Source: a virus (Duplodnaviria > Caudoviricetes). From it: a DNA stretch of 61,861 bases. The DNA is taken from IMG/VR virus record IMGVR_UViG_3300006919_000055, positions 1 to 61,861 of that record; one strand, written 5' to 3'. Position numbers and translations under genes: made by a program. Shown here piece after piece: positions 34,750-44,524 of the stretch. Each line of letters begins with the position of its first letter. Position 1 is the first letter of the stretch. The notes beneath the pieces were generated by a model, which did no database searches, was not told the origin of the DNA, and saw nothing but the letters and a program-made list of their open reading frames with translations.

Positions 34750-35760
34750 ATGAGTAAAGATGGAATGTTACTAGGAGAAGAAGTTGCCGGAGTAAATCAA
34801 ATTTTACCTCACAAGCATCAATTAGCGTGGGACTTATTTTTAAAAGGAGTAGCTAATAATTGGTCTCCTTCAGAAATAAACATGTCAGATGACGTTGATC
34901 AATGGAAAAACGGAACCTTAACAGAAGATGAAAAATTACTCGTTAAAAGATGTCTTGGGTTTTTTGCTGGAAGTGAGTCCTTGGTTGGCAATAACTTACT
35001 ACTTACTGTCGCGAAATGGGTAACTGACCCTGAATGTCGTCAATACATCTTAAGACAAGCTTACGAAGAATCTCTTCACAACTGGACGGTTGTAACTTGC
35101 TGCGATTCTTATTCTTTGAAAGTCTCTGACGTATATGAAGCTTATAATAATATACCGTCAATTAAGGCTAAAGACGATTTCTTAATGAGTATAACTTCTG
35201 ACGTTAACAGGCAAGATTTTACCACTAAATCAGCGGACGGCAAAAAAGAGTTTTTAAGGAATTTAGTAACCTATTACATAGTATGTGAAGGAACATTTTT
35301 CTTTAGCGGGTTTGCTATGCTTTTAGCTTTGGGAAGACAAAATAAACTTCCCGGATTGTCAGATCAAATTAGATACACATTAAGAGACGAAAGCCTACAT
35401 ATCCAATTTGGAACATACCTTATTAATACTATAAAAGAGCAATACCCTTCGATTTGGACTAAAAAATTCGAAGAGGAAACTGTAGAGCATATCAAAAAAG
35501 CAGTAGAGCTTGAAATTAAATATGCTCACGATGTTCTTCCTCGTGGAATTCTTGGGTTAAATGCAGATATGTTCGTAGACTATATGCAATATATAGGCAA
35601 CAGGAGACTCGAAGGCATTGGGATTGATTACCGTTTCGATAGCGACAATAATCCCTTCCCTTGGTTATCTGAGGTGGTAGACACCGGAGCAATGACAAAT
35701 TTCTTTGAAAGAAAAGTCAAAGACTACCAAAGCTCTGGCGTATTAGAGGACGATTTTTAA
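34750..35760 (+). CDS. nrdB: ribonucleotide reductase beta subunit, class Ic (R2c)-type
   Basis: FFAGSESLVGNN (E76), EESLHNWTV (E107, H110, V114), EGTFFFSGF, RDESLH, NFFE. Confidence 0.95.
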   Translation: MSKDGMLLGEEVAGVNQILPHKHQLAWDLFLKGVANNWSPSEINMSDDVDQWKNGTLTEDEKLLVKRCLGFFAGSESLVGNNLLLTVAKWVTDPECRQYILRQAYEESLHNWTVVTCCDSYSLKVSDVYEAYNNIPSIKAKDDFLMSITSDVNRQDFTTKSADGKKEFLRNLVTYYIVCEGTFFFSGFAMLLALGRQNKLPGLSDQIRYTLRDESLHIQFGTYLINTIKEQYPSIWTKKFEEETVEHIKKAVELEIKYAHDVLPRGILGLNADMFVDYMQYIGNRRLEGIGIDYRFDSDNNPFPWLSEVVDTGAMTNFFERKVKDYQSSGVLEDDF

Positions 35761-35761
35761 A

Positions 35762-36448
35762 TTGAAGACGCTATTTATAGTTCCGTCTTGCGTCAACTTT
35801 GACCCGTCAATCGAGCTAGATTACAGCCCCGTAAGAAGCCTGTACAGTGCCTCTGAGCGATTTGATCAGCTTATTGAATCTATTTCCAGTATAAGACAAT
35901 ATTGCCCGTCTTCCGACATTATAGTGTCGGAATGCTCTAACTTATCAGATGAAGAAATAAAAAAAATTAAAAGTAAAGCGGATTATCTTATAACGCCCTC
36001 CCAAGATAACGATTATATTTTTAATTTTTTTAAAAATCATCCCAATAAAAGTCATGCAGAATCATTCCTCTTGCTTAAAACCTTATTTTATCTAAAAAAT
36101 ATTCAATACCCCTTGTACGATATTTACTTTAAAATGAGTGGTAGATATAAATTAAACAATAAGTTTAATGTTCACAACCACGTTAATCATGAATTCAACT
36201 GCAAAAAACACAATACTTTTGAAGACGGCATTTTTACCACCTTGTTTTCCTTTAACAAAAGTTTTTTTGACTTATTCGTAGATTCACTCTTAGCTACTCA
36301 TTCTTTTACTACCAATAATTATCCTCCGTATGTAGGCTTTTCCCTCGAAACTAATATGCTTTACGGTCTACACGACAGAATGAACTTTCTTGACGAACTC
36401 GGTGTTGAGGGTAATTTTGGTCCTGACGGTGAATTTCATAGCGAATAA
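35762..36448 (+). CDS. glycosyltransferase-associated hypothetical protein
   Basis: ERFDQ..SI.SIR, ECS, KS.AE, FKMSGRY motifs. Confidence 0.6.
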   Translation: MKTLFIVPSCVNFDPSIELDYSPVRSLYSASERFDQLIESISSIRQYCPSSDIIVSECSNLSDEEIKKIKSKADYLITPSQDNDYIFNFFKNHPNKSHAESFLLLKTLFYLKNIQYPLYDIYFKMSGRYKLNNKFNVHNHVNHEFNCKKHNTFEDGIFTTLFSFNKSFFDLFVDSLLATHSFTTNNYPPYVGFSLETNMLYGLHDRMNFLDELGVEGNFGPDGEFHSE

Positions 36449-36451
36449 ATC

Positions 36452-37192
36452 ATGGAACCTAAAAATTTAATAAATAAAGACTTAGATATTCAATCCCTTA
36501 AAGAAGAGTATCAAAAAGAAAAATTTATTGTTATAAAAAACTTTCTGCAAATTGAGGAGGCAGAAAAGTTAAGCACATATTATAACGAAAAAGTTCCCGC
36601 TGATTGGTGGTCGTGGATGTTTTTGCCTGATCCTGATTTGGGTCTAGAAAATTGGTCTACAAACGTATATCCCGAAGATGGAAGCAAAAGTTTGCAAAAA
36701 CTTATAGCCACTAAAAGAGATTTTTTAAATAAAATATACAAAGAAAACCGAGGTTTTTCTTATATATATCAAAGAGTTTTTTTTGGTAGTCATTACCCCA
36801 GTTGCCTCTGTGAAGAATGTGTTTTTCGTAAATCTTTCCTAGAAAACTCCCCTATGGTAGATTTTTTAAACGAAATCAGTGGATACGAAGATTTAAAACC
36901 CGGAGAGCTTTTTGCGAGCAGGTATGGGCTAGGAGATTATAACGGTCCCCACAACGATAACTCCAAGGGAAGAGTCACTATTGTCCTTAATTTATCTAAA
37001 AACTGGCTTCCTCAAGATGGGGGTTTGTTTTTTGGAATGGAAGAGGATTATTGTACCGTTAAACACGTAGAAGTACCCACATTCAATAGTTTGGTAATTT
37101 TTGATGTAAGCGATGGCGGTATGCCTCATTTAGTTAATCACGTTACAAACCCCGACAAAAAACGTACCGCAATCACCGGATGGTACGAATAA
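36452..37192 (+). CDS. 2OG-Fe(II) oxygenase (prolyl hydroxylase-like)
   Basis: PHND (HxD), GGL, PTFNSLVIF, PHLV, RTAITGWY. Confidence 0.85.
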   Translation: MEPKNLINKDLDIQSLKEEYQKEKFIVIKNFLQIEEAEKLSTYYNEKVPADWWSWMFLPDPDLGLENWSTNVYPEDGSKSLQKLIATKRDFLNKIYKENRGFSYIYQRVFFGSHYPSCLCEECVFRKSFLENSPMVDFLNEISGYEDLKPGELFASRYGLGDYNGPHNDNSKGRVTIVLNLSKNWLPQDGGLFFGMEEDYCTVKHVEVPTFNSLVIFDVSDGGMPHLVNHVTNPDKKRTAITGWYE

Positions 37193-37240
37193 GAGCCAAA
37201 AAAATCTTTTTCATATTAAATATTGGAGGGAATCCGCACA

Positions 37241-37447
37241 TCAATCAGAGCCTCTCTCTGCTATATAATATTTAGTTCTTCTATCCTTAATAAATCCTTC
37301 GTCAAATAAGTATTGCATCACTGAATCTATTTCTTTTTCAGCAATGCATTTTGAATTGTTGTATATAAAAACAGTATCATGCCTCCAGTTGCCGTCTTCA
37401 CAGAGGTAAACTTTAACTCTATAGGGAGCCATTAATAACTCATACAT
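37241..37447 (-). CDS. small protein with YLFDEGFI motif
   Basis: 68 aa; AGTGTA motif upstream; shares motif with 21278-21475. Confidence 0.65.
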   Translation of the reverse strand: MYELLMAPYRVKVYLCEDGNWRHDTVFIYNNSKCIAEKEIDSVMQYLFDEGFIKDRRTKYYIAERGSD

Positions 37448-37534
37448 CTACATAAAATTACACTTTATTAAATTAAAAATAATATATTTTATTAAAAAAT
37501 AAACAGTTCAATATTTTTAAGTGTATATACTTAT

Positions 37535-37825
37535 ATGCAAGTAGATTTTCAGTTTTTTATCAATGTGATAATTGGTATTTTTACTTTTTTTGGAAGTTGG
37601 ATACTTAAGACTATTTGGGAGAAAACAAACACAAACGCTAATCATATAGATGAACTGCGCGATCACCACGAGGACGACCTAAAAGAAACTCGACAAAAAA
37701 TAAACGATCTTGCATTAAGCTTACCCGAAAAATACGTAAATAAAGGCGACTTTGAAAACTTGGTTAAAGTTGTTCATCATCGGTTTGATCGCATCGAAGA
37801 AAAACTTGATAGACTTCAAAAATAA
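37535..37825 (+). CDS. membrane-anchored coiled-coil protein (holin/XhlA-like)
   Basis: N-terminal TM then coiled coil, LPEKYV.K.DF...FDRIEEKLD; AGTGTA-N9-ATG. Confidence 0.55.
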   Translation: MQVDFQFFINVIIGIFTFFGSWILKTIWEKTNTNANHIDELRDHHEDDLKETRQKINDLALSLPEKYVNKGDFENLVKVVHHRFDRIEEKLDRLQK

Positions 37826-37862
37826 GCTTCCCAAAAAAGTATAATTCCTGCATAATAAGCGG

Positions 37863-38699
37863 GTGAAATATTTTATTGTCAGTGACTTCTTTATTGAAGA
37901 TTTCGTAGGCGGTGCAGCGCTTAATGACGAAGAAATTTTAAAGATATTTCTCAAAAACGGTCAGGACATAGAGAAAATCAAGAGTGAAGAAGTCTCTATA
38001 GACTTTCTAGAGAAAAATTCGCAAGCTTTTTATATTGTTTCTAATTTTCTTCATATACCGGAAGACTCGTTAGAAAAGCTAAAAACACTTAATTACCTCA
38101 TATATGCTCACGATTATAAATTCGTAAGGCACATGAACCCTGCGGCGTACGAAGATTTTAAGGTTCCCGAAGAAGACTTAATCTATGTAGATTTTTATCA
38201 AAAATCTAAAGCTGTTATTTGCCAGAGTAAGCTTCAAGAAAGAATACATAACGAAAACATCAAGGAGCTAAATACGATTAATTTTTCCGGAAATTTATGG
38301 TCAGAAGAGACTCTCTCGTTGCTTGAATCTCTTTCTCAAAAAGACAAAAAACCAATTGTTTCGGTAGTAAAGTCGAGGTGGCCTCAAAAAGGTGTCCCTG
38401 AAGCTATATCTTTTTGTATAGAAGAAAATTATGATTATGATCTCGTTTATGATGATGATTATTATAGGTTTTTATGGAAGCTATCCGAAAATCAAGCCCT
38501 AGCTTTTTACCCTTTAACACCTGAAACCTGCTCTAGAGTGACGTTAGAATGTAAAATGATGAACATGAAAGTGTTTATAACTAAACTTGTAGGCGCTTCC
38601 CATGAGCCTTGGTTTGAAAAGCACGGGGTTGAGTTAATAAATTTAATGAGAGAAAAGAAAAATGAAATTTACGATATTCTCCTTAAGATATCTTCCTAA
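37863..38699 (+). CDS. GT-B glycosyltransferase-like protein
   Basis: DFF..DFVGGA, HDYK, ETCSRVTLECK. Confidence 0.6.
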   Translation: MKYFIVSDFFIEDFVGGAALNDEEILKIFLKNGQDIEKIKSEEVSIDFLEKNSQAFYIVSNFLHIPEDSLEKLKTLNYLIYAHDYKFVRHMNPAAYEDFKVPEEDLIYVDFYQKSKAVICQSKLQERIHNENIKELNTINFSGNLWSEETLSLLESLSQKDKKPIVSVVKSRWPQKGVPEAISFCIEENYDYDLVYDDDYYRFLWKLSENQALAFYPLTPETCSRVTLECKMMNMKVFITKLVGASHEPWFEKHGVELINLMREKKNEIYDILLKISS

Positions 38700-38702
38700 T
38701 AA

Positions 38703-39515
38703 ATGACTGATTATAAATACATTTGTGGCAACGCTTTTAAAAGCATGTGCCAGTATTCGGTGGGCAAATACACAGACGCAAGAACACATGATTTTAATTT
38801 TTCAATTAAGGAAAATTTAGACAATGATACTGTATTTATCAAAACCGAATATGTAGGAAACTTTTTTCACTATGTAGATATACAAAAGCCATTTCATATA
38901 ATCACCCACAATTCAGATATTCCTATTGATGAAAGATTCTCTAAGTTTTTAGAGGACGAGCGCGTTCTTAGCTGGAAAGGTCAGAACATAAATATAGAAC
39001 ACGCCAAAGTTACACCTATCCCAATAGGACTAGCTAATCCAAAATGGTCACACGGTAATCCTGAAATTTTTACTAAAATTAGAAATGAATTAATAAATGG
39101 AGAAATAAAAAAAGATAAACTTTTTTACACCAACTTCGACATTTACACTAATTTACAAGAACGGCAAACTTGCTTAAGAGAAACAGGCTTTAAATTAGAG
39201 CCTAAATTAGATTTTGAATCGTATCTCCGAGAAGTAGCTCGGTCTTACTTTATAGTTTCTCCTGATGGGAATGGTATAGATTGCCATAAACACTGGGAAG
39301 CATTATATTTAAATTCCATTCCTATAGTTTCTAGTGGAATAAATGTTAATTATTTTAAAAATAAACAAATTCCTTTTCTCATCTTAGATTCATGGAGTGA
39401 ACTTAATAACATCAAACTATCACCAGAACTACACGAAAAAATATGGGGCAACTTCGACAGCGACACCCTATTATTTGATAATTATCTTATGAATTTACAA
39501 ATTGGAGAATTTTAA
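38703..39515 (+). CDS. exostosin (GT47)-like protein
   Basis: THNSD, PIPIGL, SPDGNGIDCHKHWEALYL..IPIV. Confidence 0.7.
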   Translation: MTDYKYICGNAFKSMCQYSVGKYTDARTHDFNFSIKENLDNDTVFIKTEYVGNFFHYVDIQKPFHIITHNSDIPIDERFSKFLEDERVLSWKGQNINIEHAKVTPIPIGLANPKWSHGNPEIFTKIRNELINGEIKKDKLFYTNFDIYTNLQERQTCLRETGFKLEPKLDFESYLREVARSYFIVSPDGNGIDCHKHWEALYLNSIPIVSSGINVNYFKNKQIPFLILDSWSELNNIKLSPELHEKIWGNFDSDTLLFDNYLMNLQIGEF

Positions 39516-40177
39516 TGATTAATGTAGATAAAATTATAGTTTTACATTATAAACCGCTCGTAAACAGAAAAACTCTTTTCAGCGCATTCTTAAAACAGCA
39601 TGACTTAGAGTGCAGTTGGATAGATAGAGAGCCAAAAAAAACTGATATAAAAAAATTATACAAATTTTCGGAAGAAGATTGGAAAAATAAAATTCAACCG
39701 GAAAACTTTGCTCCTCGTAAATTAAGAGACAGTGAAATATCTCTTTTATTTAAACATTATCTAGCTCTCAAAAAAATTGTTAGAGAAAAAATAAATACCA
39801 CCCTCTTGTTAGAGGACGACGTTTTGTTTACCGACAACTTTACTGAAATATTTAATAAAAATTTAGAATCTACCCCAGAAGATTGGGACTACATTTTTCC
39901 CGGTAGTGGATGTGATCTCAGAATACCTAAAGCTAAACTAGAAGAAGGAAAAATTGCATATTTAAAAAACCATCCCGCTACTAAATGCACTGACTCAATC
40001 ATAATAAAATTAGATGCAGCAAAAAAAATATTAAAAACCTTTAATTCTTGGACTTTACCTGCCGATTGGGAATACAATTATCAACTATTCAAACATGACA
40101 TGAACGTCTACTGGTGGGAACCTCCGGTCTTTGTTCAAGGTTCTCAAAGTGGAATATATAAATCTGCAATACAGTGA
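39515..40177 (+). CDS. glycosyltransferase family 25-like
   Basis: R.SEISL..KH, LLLEDDV, PEDWD, PADW, QGS. Confidence 0.75.
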   Translation: MINVDKIIVLHYKPLVNRKTLFSAFLKQHDLECSWIDREPKKTDIKKLYKFSEEDWKNKIQPENFAPRKLRDSEISLLFKHYLALKKIVREKINTTLLLEDDVLFTDNFTEIFNKNLESTPEDWDYIFPGSGCDLRIPKAKLEEGKIAYLKNHPATKCTDSIIIKLDAAKKILKTFNSWTLPADWEYNYQLFKHDMNVYWWEPPVFVQGSQSGIYKSAIQ

Positions 40178-41127
40178 AAATAGCTTTTTACTCTCCTCAC
40201 TTATGCTTGCGAGGTACTACCGTCGCAATGTATGACTATGCCTTTTACAATCAAACCCTATTAGGTAACGAATCGTGCATAATATATTCTAGCCAAGACC
40301 ATCGCAATAGCGATAGCGCTATTGAAAAATTTAACGACTCTTTCAGTGAAATATACGCTTTAGAAAATGAAAAAAAGTTAGACGAAGTATTAACTCAAAG
40401 TAAAGCTGATGCAGTTTATATTTTAAAGGCTGGCAAAAATGATGAACGCCAATCTTCAGTTTGTAAAAATTTAATACATTGCACGGGACTAGAGTCTGAA
40501 CCGCACGGACATGTATACGCTTATGTTTCAAAATGGTTAAGTGAAAAATGTTCACAAGGCAAACTTCCTTTTGTACCGCATATAGTCGATCTACCTAAAC
40601 AGGACGGAAATCTGAGAAATGATCTAGGTATACCTGATTCAGCTTTGGTCTTTGGCAGGAATGGAGGGAGAGACACTTGGAGTCTACCGTTTGTCAATCA
40701 TGTAATATCTGAGGTACTTAAAAGAAGAGACGATATTTATTTTATATTTCAGAATACTGAAAAGTTCATTGATCACGAAAGAGTATTTTTCATAGAAAGT
40801 ACCGCCAGAATGCATTATAAAACTAAATTTATAAACACCTGCGATGCTATGATTCATGCCCGACTAGAAGGTGAAAGCTTCGGATTAGCTTGCGGAGAGT
40901 TTTCTTTAAGAAACAAGCCTGTAATAACTTGGTCTGGTTCTAACGAAAAAAATCATATAGAAACTTTAGGCGACAAAGCTTTTCTTTATGAAAACTCAAT
41001 AGACTTACTAAGTATATTTTTAGAATTCAAAAAGCAACCAGCGAAAGATTGGAATTGTTATAAAGATTTTTCTCCTGAAAAAGTCATGAAAAAATTTAAT
41101 GAAATTTTCTTAAAGCAAGATGCATAG
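40174..41127 (+). CDS. GT-B glycosyltransferase
   Basis: RGTTVAMYDYA, FGRNGG, DAMIHAR.EGESFGLACGEF. Confidence 0.8.
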   Translation: MKIAFYSPHLCLRGTTVAMYDYAFYNQTLLGNESCIIYSSQDHRNSDSAIEKFNDSFSEIYALENEKKLDEVLTQSKADAVYILKAGKNDERQSSVCKNLIHCTGLESEPHGHVYAYVSKWLSEKCSQGKLPFVPHIVDLPKQDGNLRNDLGIPDSALVFGRNGGRDTWSLPFVNHVISEVLKRRDDIYFIFQNTEKFIDHERVFFIESTARMHYKTKFINTCDAMIHARLEGESFGLACGEFSLRNKPVITWSGSNEKNHIETLGDKAFLYENSIDLLSIFLEFKKQPAKDWNCYKDFSPEKVMKKFNEIFLKQDA

Positions 41128-41791
41128 AATTAAATCACTAGCTGGCTTTGGTTTTCAGCCACAATATATATTAGATATAGGAGCCAATGTGGGGAGCTGG
41201 ACCGATCAAATGGCTTTTTATTTTCCGGATTCTCATTTTTTGATGGTAGAGGCCAACTTAAAACACAGTAACGCTTTACAAAGTATTTGCGATAAACACC
41301 CCAAGGCAGAATTCTGCATTGAGCTGCTAAGTGAAACTTCTAAAGATTGTAATTACCATACCTTAAAAAACGCTTCCGCCGATAATCTCGAAACTGGCAA
41401 CTCTATATTTAAAGAAAAAACTAAACACTATTCTGATTCCAATATAGAAATTAAAATATTAAAATCTAAAACCTTGGACAATCTTCTAGAAGAAAAAAAT
41501 ATTAATAAAGTAGATTTAATAAAATTAGATGTTCAAGGCGCTGAAATATCAGTGTTAAAAGGAGCTTCCGACACACTTAAAAATGCCACATTTTGCCTAC
41601 TAGAAGTTCAGCTTCAGCAATGGAACGAAGAGGCTCCACTGTTCTCGGAGGTTATTGAGTTTATGGATGAAAATGATTTTTCAGTTTTTGATTTTATAGA
41701 TAAAAATTTAGTTTCAGACTACACTGTTTCTATTGATGTTTTATTTAAAAAGAAAAATAATAAATTTACCTGTCCGAACATTTCTAAATGA
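41120..41791 (+). CDS. FkbM family methyltransferase
   Basis: LDIGANVG, VEAN, TLD, IKLDVQGAEISVLKGA. Confidence 0.9.
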   Translation: MHRIKSLAGFGFQPQYILDIGANVGSWTDQMAFYFPDSHFLMVEANLKHSNALQSICDKHPKAEFCIELLSETSKDCNYHTLKNASADNLETGNSIFKEKTKHYSDSNIEIKILKSKTLDNLLEEKNINKVDLIKLDVQGAEISVLKGASDTLKNATFCLLEVQLQQWNEEAPLFSEVIEFMDENDFSVFDFIDKNLVSDYTVSIDVLFKKKNNKFTCPNISK

Positions 41792-42531
41792 GTTTTATTT
41801 ATAATCATATAAAAATAAATGAAGAAAAATTAAAAGTGGGAGTCTATTGTCCCGCTTTCGATTGTGATCCTTTATACATAGAATATAATAAAAAAGTTTT
41901 TAATCATTTTGGAATTAATATTAACTATGTTACATCTGGGTCAAGACATGGGGAAATATTAAACACTCTGTCTCGTGAAGAAAACGTTGATTATCTTTGT
42001 TTTGTTGATGTGGATGCTATACCTTTGTCTCCTAATGTTCTGGAAACCCTAATAGGTAGAATCTATAATAAAAATGCAATAATAGGAATAGAACAAACCA
42101 GTAATAATCATAGGCATGAAGCTGACAAACTAATCGCCCTTTCTCACGCTATCAAAAGAGGAGAAGATATATCTAAACATATAAGCCCCGCCAACAACGA
42201 TAAAAACTTAACTAATCATGAAGAAACATATGCTGGCCCCGCTTTCTTCCTAATAGCTAAAGAAACCTATAAAACCCTAGGAGAGCCATCTTATTTAGAA
42301 ACCTACAGAAGCGACTGTGGGGAAGAGCTTTCTTACGTAGCTCGCGAAAAAGGGTTCGAAGTAAAATATATTCACTTCTCTCATTGCGTTCAGCCTCAAT
42401 GGCATCTAAAAGAAAATATTAAATTTGGTATAGGAAGCTCGTATGAAGATTTAGTTTATCATAATTTTCAATCGAGAGCGTCAACTTCACTAGACATGTT
42501 TATAGAAAAATGTAAAGAAGTATTAAATTAA
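41788..42531 (+). CDS. GT-A glycosyltransferase-like protein
   Basis: FVDVDAIP (DxD), YAGPAF, SDCGEE, YHNFQ. Confidence 0.6.
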   Translation: MSFIYNHIKINEEKLKVGVYCPAFDCDPLYIEYNKKVFNHFGININYVTSGSRHGEILNTLSREENVDYLCFVDVDAIPLSPNVLETLIGRIYNKNAIIGIEQTSNNHRHEADKLIALSHAIKRGEDISKHISPANNDKNLTNHEETYAGPAFFLIAKETYKTLGEPSYLETYRSDCGEELSYVAREKGFEVKYIHFSHCVQPQWHLKENIKFGIGSSYEDLVYHNFQSRASTSLDMFIEKCKEVLN

Positions 42532-42533
42532 AA

Positions 42534-43439
42534 ATGAGTAAATGTTTAGTAACAGGAGGGTGCGGCTTCATCGGCAGTAACTTAGTTGATGAGTTAATTA
42601 AACTTGGAAATGAGGTTCATGTTATAGATGACCTCTCGGCTTCTTGTAATGATGATTTTTACTTTAATTCAAAGGCTTCATGGTCAAAAATTAGCGTCTG
42701 TAATTCGGAGAAGGTAGAAAATGATTTCAAGCAATTTAAACCGGATTACGTTTTTCATCTTGCCGCCTATTCAAGAATCCAAGTGGCTATGAAAAACCCT
42801 TTGTCTACCTGCGATGTTAATTTTACAGCTACAGCCTCATTACTTCAGCTATGCGCTAAATATAAAGTAAAAAGATTTGTGCTTTCCTCAACATCTTCTA
42901 TATATGGGTTAAAAAATCAAATACCCCTCTCAGAAGATATGCCCGCTGACTGTTTAAATATTTACTCAACAACTAAATATAGCGCAGAACAGTTATGTAA
43001 AATGTATTATAAATTATTTAACGTTCCGACTGTTATATTTAGATACTTTAATGTTTATGGACCCCGCGAGCCACTAAAAGGGGTTTACGCTCCGGTAGTG
43101 GGCCTTTTCTTGAAACAATTTAAAGAAGGTAAACCAATGACTATTGTTGGAGATGGCTCTCAAACTAGAGATTTTACTCACGTAAAAGATGTGGTTAAAG
43201 CCAATATTGCAGCCGTTAAAAATGATAAAGAAGAGATATTTGGTCAAGTTTTTAATGTTGGAACGGGCGTTAATTACTCAGTTTTAGACTTAGCTAAAAA
43301 CATAGGAGGAGATTATCAATTTATAGATAACCGAGAGGGAGAAGCTAAAGATACGCTTGCAGACATTTCTAAAATTAAAAGTCTTTTAAATTGGGAACCC
43401 TGCGGAAACATTATGAAATACATCAATTCTAACAAATGA
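42534..43439 (+). CDS. NAD-dependent nucleotide-sugar epimerase/dehydratase
   Basis: VTGGCGFIGS, HLAA, YSTTK (YxxxK), RYFNVYGP, GDGSQTRDFTHV. Confidence 0.9.
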   Translation: MSKCLVTGGCGFIGSNLVDELIKLGNEVHVIDDLSASCNDDFYFNSKASWSKISVCNSEKVENDFKQFKPDYVFHLAAYSRIQVAMKNPLSTCDVNFTATASLLQLCAKYKVKRFVLSSTSSIYGLKNQIPLSEDMPADCLNIYSTTKYSAEQLCKMYYKLFNVPTVIFRYFNVYGPREPLKGVYAPVVGLFLKQFKEGKPMTIVGDGSQTRDFTHVKDVVKANIAAVKNDKEEIFGQVFNVGTGVNYSVLDLAKNIGGDYQFIDNREGEAKDTLADISKIKSLLNWEPCGNIMKYINSNK

Positions 43440-44524
43440 GTAAAAAAATTTTAATAACTGGCATCTTAGGGCAAGATGGGGCAAACATGGCAGAACTTTT
43501 GCTTTCTAAAGCAAATAATTTTGAAATATATGGAATGATGCGTCGTTCTGCTGTTCCTAATTTTAAAAATATTGAAAATATTAAAAACCACCCCAGCTTT
43601 AATATAGTAAATGGTGATTTAACTGATGAAGTAAGTATAAATGAATTAGTAAAGAAAATTCAACCAGATTACTTCATCAACTTTGCGGCAAATAGTTTTG
43701 TTGGATGTTCTTGGGATATGCCCATGCAAGTTTTTGATGTTAATGCTATGGGTGTAATACGAGCCTTAGAGGCTATAAGAAAATTTAAACCGGATTGCAG
43801 GTTTTATAGCGCAGGAAGTAGTGAGGAATTTGGTGACGTTGATTTTGCGCCGCAAAACTTAACCCACCCTATGAAGCCCAGAAGCCCTTACGGAGCTTCA
43901 AAATGCGCCGCTAGGCATATCGTAAAAGTATACAGAGAATCTTACGATTTGTACGCAATACATGGAGTTTTATTTAATCATGAAGGAACGAAGCGCGGAG
44001 AAGAATTTGTAACCCGTAAAATATCGAAAGGAGTTGCTCAAATTCACAATCAATTACGCAGTATTAACGCTTGGAAATCTAATGGGTCCGACGATTTTCC
44101 GCCTCAAGTTACTCCCATTGAGCTAGGATACTTAGACTCTAAAAGAGATTGGAGTGACAGTATGGACTTCATGGAGGGTATTTGGCTAATGCTAAATCAA
44201 CAAGAGCCTAAAGAATATCTTTTAGCAAGCGGAGAAACACACTCTATAAGAGAGTTCATTGAAAAAGCTTTTAATATTGCTAATATTACAGGGCAGTGGG
44301 AAGGCGAAGGTCAAGAGGAAAAATTTATACATAATTATAAAGACAAAAAAATTGTTTTAGTAAAAATTAATCCTAAATATTTTAGGCCCGCCGAGGTTAA
44401 TTTACTCCTTGGAGACCCGACTGACGCCATACAAAAATTAGGCTGGAAACCCCAGAAAAGCTTTGACAAATTAGTAGAAAGCATGGTAAAGTTGGACCTC
44501 GATGAAATCCAAAAAGCGTCCTAA
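43436..44524 (+). CDS. gmd: GDP-mannose 4,6-dehydratase
   Basis: ITGILGQDG, SFVGCS, AGSSEEFG, PRSPYGASK, FNHE..RGEEFVTRKI, KRDW, FRPAEV. Confidence 0.92.
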   Translation: MSKKILITGILGQDGANMAELLLSKANNFEIYGMMRRSAVPNFKNIENIKNHPSFNIVNGDLTDEVSINELVKKIQPDYFINFAANSFVGCSWDMPMQVFDVNAMGVIRALEAIRKFKPDCRFYSAGSSEEFGDVDFAPQNLTHPMKPRSPYGASKCAARHIVKVYRESYDLYAIHGVLFNHEGTKRGEEFVTRKISKGVAQIHNQLRSINAWKSNGSDDFPPQVTPIELGYLDSKRDWSDSMDFMEGIWLMLNQQEPKEYLLASGETHSIREFIEKAFNIANITGQWEGEGQEEKFIHNYKDKKIVLVKINPKYFRPAEVNLLLGDPTDAIQKLGWKPQKSFDKLVESMVKLDLDEIQKAS

